Below are positions 44,774-52,490 of a stretch of 64,000 bases of DNA, in pieces. Below the pieces are notes generated by a model. It ran no database searches. It was not told the DNA's origin and saw only the letters and a program-made list of their open reading frames with translations. The position numbers and the translations under genes are program-made. How positions within the stretch are numbered: position 1 is the stretch's first letter; every line of letters starts with the position of its first letter. Location of the stretch: the NCBI GenBank assembly GCA_045222295.1, contig JBGUXP010000011.1:21643-85642 (forward strand), read 5' to 3'. This stretch comes from Bacteroidales bacterium (GTDB lineage: Bacteria; Bacteroidota; Bacteroidia; Bacteroidales; P3).

Positions 44774-44810
44774 AACCGGCTACCATCCGAAAGGGTGGCA
44801 GCCGGTTTTG
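44774..44810 (+). terminator. Rho-independent terminator after the SDR gene
   Basis: Stem AACCGGCTACCA/GGTGGCAGCCGGTT followed by TTTG. Confidence 0.7.
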
Positions 44811-44812
44811 TA

Positions 44813-44875
44813 TTATGCGTGGGTGTTGCGGCTGTCGCCCGGCAATCCGGAGCCGCAAAAGACTGCTATGTTCAT
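44813..44875 (-). pseudogene. Truncated 5' remnant of a second LOG-family gene (20 codons)
   Basis: Encodes MNIAVFCGSGLPGDSRNTHA*. By eye about 80% nucleotide identity to the 5' end of the intact LOG gene (43830-43880). ATGA-coupled to the upstream ORF. Confidence 0.55.
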
Positions 44876-45438
44876 TGCTTTTCTTTATCTGATGTTGCTG
44901 GAATAATCCATTTGGGGTCTATACGGTTCGTGTCTCTATAATACCAACAAAGACCATCAAGCCCATCGGCTTTCATTGGTTGACATTCCACTATTTTTGT
45001 TGATATTTTAACACCATCGACTTCCCAATATGGGATATATTCTCCATGACCGACTATAGGACAACATCCATTTCCAAATGTCAGATCAAACAGGTATTTT
45101 TTTCCTTTCTTAATAATAGTTCCATCGCATAGACGGCCAGAATCAAAACTGACAATCTGCATCTCAACCTTTTTGTCACGATAATCTTTGCCGTACAGTA
45201 TTTCTAATTGTTGGTCGTATGTGGTATCTGCGAGCTCAATCGTTATAACATAATAACTACTTTCACCCACATGATATGCTTTGCTGATATCTGTCACCTT
45301 GCATTTCACTTCAAACCTCCATGGTTTGACCTCATTCCTCATGTCGGATTCAATGACAATCAAGGGTGAATCGCTCTGTGCCACGGCACTGGCGGCGAGG
45401 GCGAGGAGGGCGGCGCATAGGAGCAGAATCTTCTTCAT
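44872..45438 (-). CDS. Hypothetical secreted protein (AT-rich cassette)
   Basis: Start at MKKILLLCAALLALAASAVAQ (signal peptide); markedly lower GC than the flanks; no motif recognised. Confidence 0.55.
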   Translation of the reverse strand: MKKILLLCAALLALAASAVAQSDSPLIVIESDMRNEVKPWRFEVKCKVTDISKAYHVGESSYYVITIELADTTYDQQLEILYGKDYRDKKVEMQIVSFDSGRLCDGTIIKKGKKYLFDLTFGNGCCPIVGHGEYIPYWEVDGVKISTKIVECQPMKADGLDGLCWYYRDTNRIDPKWIIPATSDKEKQ

Positions 45439-45494
45439 TGTCTGTCTGGGTTTATTGTTTCGGTGCAATTTGTTGTCTCGTTTTTGTATTTTTA

Positions 45495-45762
45495 CCGCGC
45501 ATCGTTGCAAAACCGTGTTGCAGAGCTGCAAAATGGCCGCGCACAGGTGCGGAGGGCATTACACGGCTGAAAAACGACCGCGCATATATGCGGAGCGGAT
45601 TACACGGCTGCAAATTGACCTCGCATATATGCGGGGCGCGTTGCACGGCTGTTTCATGGTTGCGCACCGGTGCGCGGTGGCGTTGCAGTGCTGTCAATGC
45701 TCCCCGCACAGGTGCGGGGAGCATTACATGAGCCGTTTCGTGGCCTCGCAGCGGTGCGGAGG
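45495..45762. repeat. Tandem array of 7 degenerate 41-42-nt units, each with a GC-rich hairpin
   Basis: Hairpin cores (CCGCGCA-N4-TGCGG-like) start at 45495, 45537, 45578, 45619, 45660, 45702 and 45744. The inter-hairpin segment is semi-conserved (GCATTACACGGCTG...). Confidence 0.8.
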
Positions 45763-46974
45763 CTACTTCTTCCAGCGCTTAAGCTGGGGGAAGTATTGCA
45801 GGAGCTGCTGGCGGTACTCGTCGGCGGTGAGGTGCTGGTTGGTGTTTTTGTTGAACTCGTCGACGAACTGGACGCAGCAGTCGACCATCTGCTCCATGGT
45901 GCACTCCTGGGTGAAGTGGCCGTCGGCGAAGCAGTACTTGCAGTAGTCGGGATTGTCGCTCACCACCTCGTCGGTCAGCGGCATGCCGCAGCTCTGACAG
46001 TAGCGCTGTTTGGGGGCGCCGGGCTTGCGCTGCAGGACGGCGTAGACCTTAGCCATGATGTCGGCGGCGCGGAGGTGGTAGTTGGTGAGCATCTCGTCGG
46101 GGGTGCCGCTCTCGCCGAAGCGGTCGTCGACGGCGACGTACTCCATGGGCGTGGGGCAGCGGAGGGCAAGCGTCTGGGCGATGCTGTCGCCGAGGCCGCC
46201 GTTGAAGAGGTGCTCCTCGCAGGTGACGACGGCGCCGGTCTTGCGGGCGCTGGCCACGACGGCCTCCACGTCGAGCGGCTTGATGGTGTGGATGTTGATG
46301 ACTTCGCAGCTGATGCCTACCTTCTCGAGCATCTCGGCGGCCTGCAGGGCTTCCCACACGAGGTGGCCGCAGGCGAAGAGGGTCACGTCGCGACCCTCGC
46401 TCAGCAGCTGGGCTTTGCCGATTTCGAACTTCTCGCCTTCCGGCAGGAAGCAGGGCATCTTGGAGCGGCCGAGGCGGAGGTAGACGGGACCGACGTGCTC
46501 GGCGGCGGCCAGCGTGGCGGCCTTGGCCTGGTTGTAGTCGGCAGGCACCAGCACGGTCATGTTGGGCAGCACCTTCATGAGGGCGATGTCCTCCATGGTC
46601 TGGTGCGTGGCGCCGTCCTCACCGAGGGAGATGCCGGCGTGCGAGCCGCAGATTTTCACGTTCTTGTTGCTGTAGCACACCACCTGGCGTATCTGGTCGT
46701 AGACGCGGCCGGTGACGAACTCGGCGAAGCCCCCGATGAAGGGCACCTTGCCGCAGAGCGAGAGGCCGGCGGCGATGCCGACCATATTGGCCTCGGCGAT
46801 GCCGCACTGGATGAAGCGCTCGGGGAACTCCTTGGCGAAGCCGTCCATCTTGACGCTGCCTTTCACGTCGGCGCTCAGGGCGACGACATTCTCATTCTTG
46901 CGGCCAGCCTCTACCAGGCCCTCGCCCATGCCGGCGCGCAACTCTTTGCTTGATTTGATTTCGTAGTGGGTCAT
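45763..46974 (-). CDS. Transketolase C-terminal-section protein (Pyr-binding plus C-terminal domains) fused to a C-terminal zinc-ribbon domain
   Basis: FIQCGIAEANMVG and GEDGATHQ motifs. The extra about 85 aa carries CQSCGMPL...CKYC. Confidence 0.85.
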   Translation of the reverse strand: MTHYEIKSSKELRAGMGEGLVEAGRKNENVVALSADVKGSVKMDGFAKEFPERFIQCGIAEANMVGIAAGLSLCGKVPFIGGFAEFVTGRVYDQIRQVVCYSNKNVKICGSHAGISLGEDGATHQTMEDIALMKVLPNMTVLVPADYNQAKAATLAAAEHVGPVYLRLGRSKMPCFLPEGEKFEIGKAQLLSEGRDVTLFACGHLVWEALQAAEMLEKVGISCEVINIHTIKPLDVEAVVASARKTGAVVTCEEHLFNGGLGDSIAQTLALRCPTPMEYVAVDDRFGESGTPDEMLTNYHLRAADIMAKVYAVLQRKPGAPKQRYCQSCGMPLTDEVVSDNPDYCKYCFADGHFTQECTMEQMVDCCVQFVDEFNKNTNQHLTADEYRQQLLQYFPQLKRWKK

Positions 46975-47012
46975 TGTTATTTGTTTTTGATTATTATTGT
47001 CTATTTTTTATT

Positions 47013-47121
47013 GGGGTTAATGGGCTTAATGGGTTTAATGGGCGCTGACGCATGATGGCTATTGCCCAAATCGCCCATTAGACCCATTAAACCCATTTTG
47101 CCCATTCTGCCCATTAAACCC
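47013..47121. repeat. Inverted pair of 9-nt repeat tracts (AATGGGNTT family)
   Basis: Left arm GGGGTTAATGGGCTTAATGGGTTTAATGGGCG at 47013-47044 is intergenic. The right arm at 47072-47121 is its imperfect reverse complement and encodes the C-terminal GFNGQNGQNGFNGSNGR tail of the next gene. Confidence 0.8.
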
Positions 47122-47673
47122 ATGACTATCTCTGTAGGCTTTCCTCGCCCTGTACATCTCCTCTTTTATCCCTCCGTTCTCGAGGAAATTCCTCTTCTGC
47201 CACTCGATAAGTCCTTTTATCAGCACGTCGCACTGGTGTATCAGCGTGATGGCGATGTTGGCGATTGTCTCGTCCGAGCGGTCTTTTATCTTCTCGCGGT
47301 ACACTGCCGAGTCGAGGTGCCGCTTGCAGAACTCCCGCGTCTGGACGCAGCGTGGGTCATTGTACGGCCACTGCTCCAGACCTCTCACACGAAGGTAGTC
47401 CTCATAGTCCAGCAGAAGCTCGTGCAGCGAGGCACGGTTGACGTTGGTCAGCTTCAGCTCCATCTCCTTCGAGGTGATGCCGTCGATGTTGCCCTCGGCA
47501 AGGTTCTGCTTGCCGCTCCGTGCCGCCTGCACCATCTGGTCTATCGTGCGGTCTCCTTTCACCAAGAACTTATTGGCAAAATAATAGGTCACGTCGTAGA
47601 CACACTCCGCTTTCTGGAATGCCTTCAACGTCCTGTAGTTGTTATCTTGCCGTATAAAGTCCCTGTCGGTCAT
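47059..47673 (-). CDS. Four-helix-bundle (23S rRNA IVS / Avd-like) family protein with suffix domain and repeat-encoded tail
   Basis: N-terminal ..YRTLKAFQKAECVYDVTYYF..K.DRTIDQMVQAARSGKQNLAEG pattern. Confidence 0.7.
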   Translation of the reverse strand: MTDRDFIRQDNNYRTLKAFQKAECVYDVTYYFANKFLVKGDRTIDQMVQAARSGKQNLAEGNIDGITSKEMELKLTNVNRASLHELLLDYEDYLRVRGLEQWPYNDPRCVQTREFCKRHLDSAVYREKIKDRSDETIANIAITLIHQCDVLIKGLIEWQKRNFLENGGIKEEMYRARKAYRDSHGFNGQNGQNGFNGSNGRFGQ

Positions 47674-47676
47674 TGG

Positions 47677-48336
47677 TTATTTCTCTATAACAATCATTCG
47701 GTCTTTGGCTGTGGTCGTCGGGGCGGTCACGACAGAGAAGCATCCGTCGTCGTCCCTGAAGTCGGAGTGCTCGCGGAGGTAGTCGGCATAGAACGAGGTG
47801 CGAACTACAAACCAGCTACTGTCTGACTCAGGCGAGGGTTTCTCGCGTGTGACAGGAATATAGTTGTTGGTGTCTACCGCCAGGCAGAAGGGGACGCCCT
47901 CCATACGGCTGCGGCTGTCGATGGGGTGAGCTGTGCTGAAGAGGCTCACCACCTCCTTGTACATCCCTTTCTCATAAGGCAGATTGCAATGGTGAATCAG
48001 CTCGCGAGGGATGCCCATGTCCATCATATCGCCGACCACCTCTTCCCAATGGGCGGAGTCAACGATGTCCTCGACGATGAGGTAGTAGATGCGCCACAGC
48101 GAGGTGTCCATTGCGTTGACAGCCGCCTTCGTTTCCTCGTTCATCTGGCGGCATCCATAGCAGTAGGGACTGGTGAAGATGAGGGCGCGGTAGTGTGTGG
48201 TGTCCTGAGCGATGGCAGTCAGTTCCTCCATTCCGAAAGAGCCTTCCGGTACATACAGAGGTGCCTTGGTTTCGTGCTTGCAGCCTACAAGGAGCAGCAT
48301 GGTTGTCATTATAAAAAAGATTCTTTTCATGCTCAA
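47677..48336 (-). CDS. Lipoprotein, possibly thioredoxin-like (CYGC)
   Basis: Lipobox LLVGC; FTSPYCYGC motif; 4-nt overlap with the upstream vWA gene. Confidence 0.5.
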   Translation of the reverse strand: MSMKRIFFIMTTMLLLVGCKHETKAPLYVPEGSFGMEELTAIAQDTTHYRALIFTSPYCYGCRQMNEETKAAVNAMDTSLWRIYYLIVEDIVDSAHWEEVVGDMMDMGIPRELIHHCNLPYEKGMYKEVVSLFSTAHPIDSRSRMEGVPFCLAVDTNNYIPVTREKPSPESDSSWFVVRTSFYADYLREHSDFRDDDGCFSVVTAPTTTAKDRMIVIEK

Positions 48337-49682
48337 AACTGTATCTTGGTGGTCTGTGAACTTTCTATCACGAAGCGTTTTGTCTGGACTTTGTCGTATT
48401 TGGTGGCGTTCTGGGGGTGGAGGACGAGCTCGTATTGGCCGGGTTGCAATAATAACCTCTCGCCGGCGGTGCTGGGGTTGAGGTCGGTGGCGAACTCCAC
48501 CTGGCCGTCTCTTAATCTAAAGATGGCGCCGGTGGTAATGCCCTTGGGCTTGCTGAGGATGAGCATGCCGGGCATGGGCACCGAGAGCTCGGTGGCGGCG
48601 TTGCCACGCACCTCGACATTCCGCAGAGTGGTGACGGGCAATGTCTGCACCTCCACATCATAGCGACCAGCAAGGTACTGCCCCGTCTCACCAATAGTCT
48701 GCGCCGCCACACGGTCGCCGCCACGGCGCACAATAACATCCACGTTGGGCTGTTGCCATTGCGGACGCTTGCCACCATACTGCACCTTCAACGTCCCCTC
48801 GCTGACAGTAATATCGACATTATTCACACGGTCGACCGAAAATCGCATGGCTTCTCGGCGCAATGGAGGGTGGGTAAAAACGGTCATATCATAGGTCACC
48901 AGCGGGTCGAGTAGTAGCGTGTCGAGTCGCAACTTGGCGTCAACGCTGTAAATGGTGTTTTGGCGGATGACACCCGTACGATGGTCATAGAATGCCACAG
49001 GATGTTCAGTCTCATAGATTTCGCCGTCGGCACCCAACACATTGAGCACAACCTTGGCCTTCTTGCCACTAAGACGGAAGATATTGTTGAGAGTCTTGGC
49101 GAACTCCTCCTCGTGCGGCACCAAGAAGAGGCTCCCAGCGCAGTCGGCATGATGAAAGGCGCCACCTCCGATACCCAAAACGAAAGTCTGTACCACGACC
49201 CCACTCAGCTGCACCTGCCGCGCCACGTCGCATATCTCGGCGTCGCAGTCGTCCATACCATCAGTGATGATAAGAATGATGTTACGGGAAGAGCCCGTGG
49301 CGGGGAAATCGCTTAAGGCATCGGTCAATGCCTCGGCCGCCAGACATCCGCCCTGTGGCACAAGGGTCTTAATCTTGCTCTGCAATTGATAGATATTGTC
49401 GGTACCAAAGGGTACTTCCAGGCGCGTGGAGAACTGATTCTTGTTCATATGGCCGAACACGCGCAACGCCACCTCGACATCGTGCTGTTGCGAGATGCTG
49501 TCGAGAAACGACAGCAGCACCTGCTGCGTAACCTTTATCTTGCTATTGCTCTGCCAGTGGTCCCACATCGAATTGGAGCAGTCCATGATAAGCAACAAGC
49601 GAGTCTTCTCAGGCCTCTGTCCCTGTGCCACTCCAGCCAACAATAACAATAATATTATGAACAGTCTGCGCATTTTAGACAT
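48333..49682 (-). CDS. Secreted von Willebrand factor type A domain protein
   Basis: Signal peptide; MIDAS DCSNS motif; ILITDGMDD. Confidence 0.8.
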   Translation of the reverse strand: MSKMRRLFIILLLLLAGVAQGQRPEKTRLLLIMDCSNSMWDHWQSNSKIKVTQQVLLSFLDSISQQHDVEVALRVFGHMNKNQFSTRLEVPFGTDNIYQLQSKIKTLVPQGGCLAAEALTDALSDFPATGSSRNIILIITDGMDDCDAEICDVARQVQLSGVVVQTFVLGIGGGAFHHADCAGSLFLVPHEEEFAKTLNNIFRLSGKKAKVVLNVLGADGEIYETEHPVAFYDHRTGVIRQNTIYSVDAKLRLDTLLLDPLVTYDMTVFTHPPLRREAMRFSVDRVNNVDITVSEGTLKVQYGGKRPQWQQPNVDVIVRRGGDRVAAQTIGETGQYLAGRYDVEVQTLPVTTLRNVEVRGNAATELSVPMPGMLILSKPKGITTGAIFRLRDGQVEFATDLNPSTAGERLLLQPGQYELVLHPQNATKYDKVQTKRFVIESSQTTKIQF

Positions 49683-49696
49683 AATAATTCAAAATG

Positions 49697-49704
49697 CAAA
49701 GATA
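49697..49704 (-). promoter_or_regulatory. -7 box TATCTTTG for the vWA operon
   Basis: TAnnTTTG match on the minus strand, 15 nt upstream of the ATG (very short leader). Confidence 0.4.
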
Positions 49705-49774
49705 CAAATAATCGCCGACATGACAAAATAAAACACAGCCGAAAAATAAATTTCCCCATGTCGTGAAAAGTTCG

Positions 49775-49782
49775 TATCTTTG
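49775..49782 (+). promoter_or_regulatory. -7 box TATCTTTG for the C1 peptidase gene
   Basis: TAnnTTTG match 47 nt upstream of the ATG. Confidence 0.5.
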
Positions 49783-49828
49783 CATCGCATTTTATGCGTA
49801 AAACAAATAATAATTTAACAATAAATCA

Positions 49829-51085
49829 ATGAAAAAAGCATTCCTATTCCTTGGCGCTGTTGCCATCTGCGCCAGCTCTGTGTTCGCACAGGAAGAGAAG
49901 AAAGAGGACGAGGGCTACAAGTTCGACACCATCAAGATGTTGCCCATCACCTCCGTAAAAAACCAGAACAACGCCGGCACCTGCTGGAGCTACAGCGGCA
50001 TCGCTTTCCTCGAGAGCGAGCTGCTCCGCATGGGCAAGGGCGAGTACGACCTCAGCGAGATGTACGTGGTCGAGAAGACCTACAACGACCGCGCCTACGC
50101 CGCCGTGCGTACCCATGGTGACGTCTCCTTCAGCCAGGGCGGTGCCTTCAACGATGTCATCTACTGCCTTCGCAACTACGGCATGGTGCCCGACGAAATC
50201 ATGCCTGCCGGCAAGATGTATGGTGACACCCTCAGCAACCACACCGAACTCAGCGCCCTCACCGACGTGATGGTCGAGGCCATCGCCAAGGGCAAACTGA
50301 AGAAACTCCAGATGAGCCCCGACGGCCAGCCCCTGTGGCAGAAGGCTATCGCCGCTGTCCATGAGACCTACCTCGGACCCATCCCCGAGAAGTTCAAATA
50401 CAACGGCAAGGAGTACACCCCGAAGAGTTTCGGCGAGAGCCTCGGCCTCAACCCCGACGACTACGTCTCCATCACCAGCTACACTCACCATCCCTTCTAC
50501 GAGCAATTCGTCATCGAAATTCAGGACAACTGGCGCTGGGGTCTGAGCTGGAACCTGCCCCTCGACGAGATGATGGAGGTCTTTGACTATGCCATCGAGA
50601 ACGGCTACACCATCGCCTGGGGCGCCGACGTCAGCGAGCCCGGCTTCCGCTACAGCCGTAAGGGCTTCGCCGTCCTGCCCGCCACCGAGGCCCCGAAGGC
50701 CGGCGTGGGCAGCGACCAGGCCAAGTGGAGCGGCATGAAAGCCGGCGAGATTGCCGACGAGGCCGCCAAGCACCCCACGCCCCAACGTTGGGTGACCCAG
50801 GAGGAGCGCCAGCAGGCCTATGACAACTGGGAGACCACCGACGACCACGGCATGCTGATTTTCGGCACCGCCAAGGACCAGATGGGCAACGAGTACTACA
50901 TGGTGAAGAACAGCTGGGGCCTGTACAACGGCGAGTTCGGCGGCAACTTCTTCTGCAGCAAGGCATTTGTCCGCTACAAAACCATGAACATCGTGGTCCA
51001 CAAGGACGCCATCCCCGCCCACATCAAGGCTAAACTCGGCATCGAAGACAAGAGCGCCAACACCAAGAAAGGTAAAAAGAAATAA
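49829..51085 (+). CDS. C1 family cysteine peptidase (aminopeptidase C-like paralog) with a signal peptide
   Basis: QNNAGTCWSYSG catalytic Cys motif; HGMLIFG; KNSWG. Confidence 0.88.
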   Translation: MKKAFLFLGAVAICASSVFAQEEKKEDEGYKFDTIKMLPITSVKNQNNAGTCWSYSGIAFLESELLRMGKGEYDLSEMYVVEKTYNDRAYAAVRTHGDVSFSQGGAFNDVIYCLRNYGMVPDEIMPAGKMYGDTLSNHTELSALTDVMVEAIAKGKLKKLQMSPDGQPLWQKAIAAVHETYLGPIPEKFKYNGKEYTPKSFGESLGLNPDDYVSITSYTHHPFYEQFVIEIQDNWRWGLSWNLPLDEMMEVFDYAIENGYTIAWGADVSEPGFRYSRKGFAVLPATEAPKAGVGSDQAKWSGMKAGEIADEAAKHPTPQRWVTQEERQQAYDNWETTDDHGMLIFGTAKDQMGNEYYMVKNSWGLYNGEFGGNFFCSKAFVRYKTMNIVVHKDAIPAHIKAKLGIEDKSANTKKGKKK

Positions 51086-51101
51086 TCAATTCTTCAACCC
51101 A

Positions 51102-51139
51102 AAAGCCGGTTTCCGCACAAGCAGAAACCGGCTTTTTTT
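51102..51139 (+). terminator. Rho-independent terminator
   Basis: Stem AAGCCGGTTTC/GAAACCGGCTT followed by a T-run. Confidence 0.75.
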
Positions 51140-51169
51140 GTTCTATCTGGTAAGCTGATTTCCATTTTA

Positions 51170-51237
51170 TTAATATGTTGTTCTTATGTTGTTCTTTAGA
51201 TTTATTCATAAGAACAACATAAGAACAACATACTATC
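51170..51237. repeat. Intergenic palindromic repeat, family D, copy 2
   Basis: Arms identical to 29663-29730; only the loop and flanks differ. Confidence 0.85.
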
Positions 51238-51314
51238 AATATGAAAAATAGGCTTTTAGGTGGCACTTTTATTGATTTTGTATTGCAACGGGGTGATATT
51301 CTGGATTTTTTGTG

Positions 51315-51322
51315 TATTTTTG
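51315..51322 (+). promoter_or_regulatory. -7 box TATTTTTG
   Basis: TAnnTTTG match 20 nt upstream of the ATG at 51342. Confidence 0.5.
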
Positions 51323-51341
51323 CAGTCGAGAACAACCACTG

Positions 51342-52487
51342 ATGAAAAAGAAGCTTTCCATACTATTACTATTGATTTCCATATCTTTAGGGATTATGGC
51401 GCAGGAGGATTGTCCCCTCCCCGAAAGGAAAAAGCTCAACGCCAAGGAGCGCCGCGAGATGCAGGAGTACTTGGATGCACTGGTGAATGACTGGAAAAAA
51501 ATTGTCGTTTCGGGCCATGACCCTCGACTGACATTTATCGACATAGACAAAAAGCACATCGTTGTCAACGTGGATTACGACCTCGACGACAGCGCCGCCG
51601 CCAAGATGGAGACACTGCAATCATGGCCACGTGTAGCGGCATTGTTCGATGCCACAAAACACCTGAGCGACATCTTCGGCTTGTTGGCCTCTCTGGGTTA
51701 CGAAGTAGCGTTGAGTGTTTCTTTCCGTCCGAACGGAGAAATCTTTTTCTTCTCCTATGACAACGAAACCCTGCGTCGCATCATGATGCTGGAGAACGTG
51801 ACGTCGGCAACGATATACAACGTTGTCACCGAAACAAAGAAAAACATTCCCTTCGAATTCGACGACAGTGTGATATGTACCGGCACAAGCTACTGCAACC
51901 ATCTGTGGTCTATCCAACTGCACTCTCTTGTTAATATGGACCCAATTACCGACGCACGTACCGAATGGATGGTCTACCTCAGCAATCTTATTGAGCAGAA
52001 AGAGTATCTCCATTACATCGGCATGGACAGCAGCACAGCCCGGTTTGTCATCGTTCAAGACGGAGTAAAGGACACAATGATATTCGAGTATAGCCCTGCA
52101 CAGCTGCTTGGGGAGACACCCACGATGGACATTGACCATGTGGGTAGGTATATGGCCCAGACCATCAACCGCTCTCTACCCATGGAATTGCCGAATGGGG
52201 ACGGAACCTTTGAGAGTTGCACGTATGACCCATCGCTGAGTGTTCTTGTATTCAATTATCTGATGAGCGAACTGTCCATTCTCAACAATGAAGGGAAAGA
52301 AGTGCAGATTAAACCCTTCTTGCTGAATGTCATGATGAACGCTCCCGACGGACAGGAGTTTTTCTCCTCACTAATTGAATTGGGGCTGGGTCTTGAGTTG
52401 CGTATGCAGAGCCGCACGACGCGCCGCACCACGACTTTCACCTACACTGCCGATGAATTGCGTATTTATATGTTTGAACAACAATAA
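51342..52487 (+). CDS. Hypothetical secreted protein
   Basis: Start MKKKLSILLLLISISLGIMAQ (signal peptide) after the -7 box; lower GC; no motif recognised. Confidence 0.55.
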   Translation: MKKKLSILLLLISISLGIMAQEDCPLPERKKLNAKERREMQEYLDALVNDWKKIVVSGHDPRLTFIDIDKKHIVVNVDYDLDDSAAAKMETLQSWPRVAALFDATKHLSDIFGLLASLGYEVALSVSFRPNGEIFFFSYDNETLRRIMMLENVTSATIYNVVTETKKNIPFEFDDSVICTGTSYCNHLWSIQLHSLVNMDPITDARTEWMVYLSNLIEQKEYLHYIGMDSSTARFVIVQDGVKDTMIFEYSPAQLLGETPTMDIDHVGRYMAQTINRSLPMELPNGDGTFESCTYDPSLSVLVFNYLMSELSILNNEGKEVQIKPFLLNVMMNAPDGQEFFSSLIELGLGLELRMQSRTTRRTTTFTYTADELRIYMFEQQ

Positions 52488-52490
52488 GCC

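Noticed and set aside
45495-45762. Possible CRISPR array (regularly spaced hairpin repeats)
   Set aside because: The period is only 41-42 nt. The would-be spacers are about 22 nt and are conserved between units. The repeats are degenerate, and there are no cas genes in the window. It is reported instead as a tandem structured repeat.
45670-46953. 427-aa ORF antisense to the transketolase-family gene. Similar antisense ORFs: 43981-44775, 49844-51022, 53271-54041, 62053-62952, 32645-33622, 39646-40488
   Set aside because: All lie opposite well-supported conserved genes and have the compositional look of antisense frames.
47059-47673. Four-helix-bundle (Avd-like) gene as a marker of a diversity-generating retroelement
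   Set aside because: No reverse transcriptase gene, no TR/VR repeat pair and no candidate target gene were detectable in the window.
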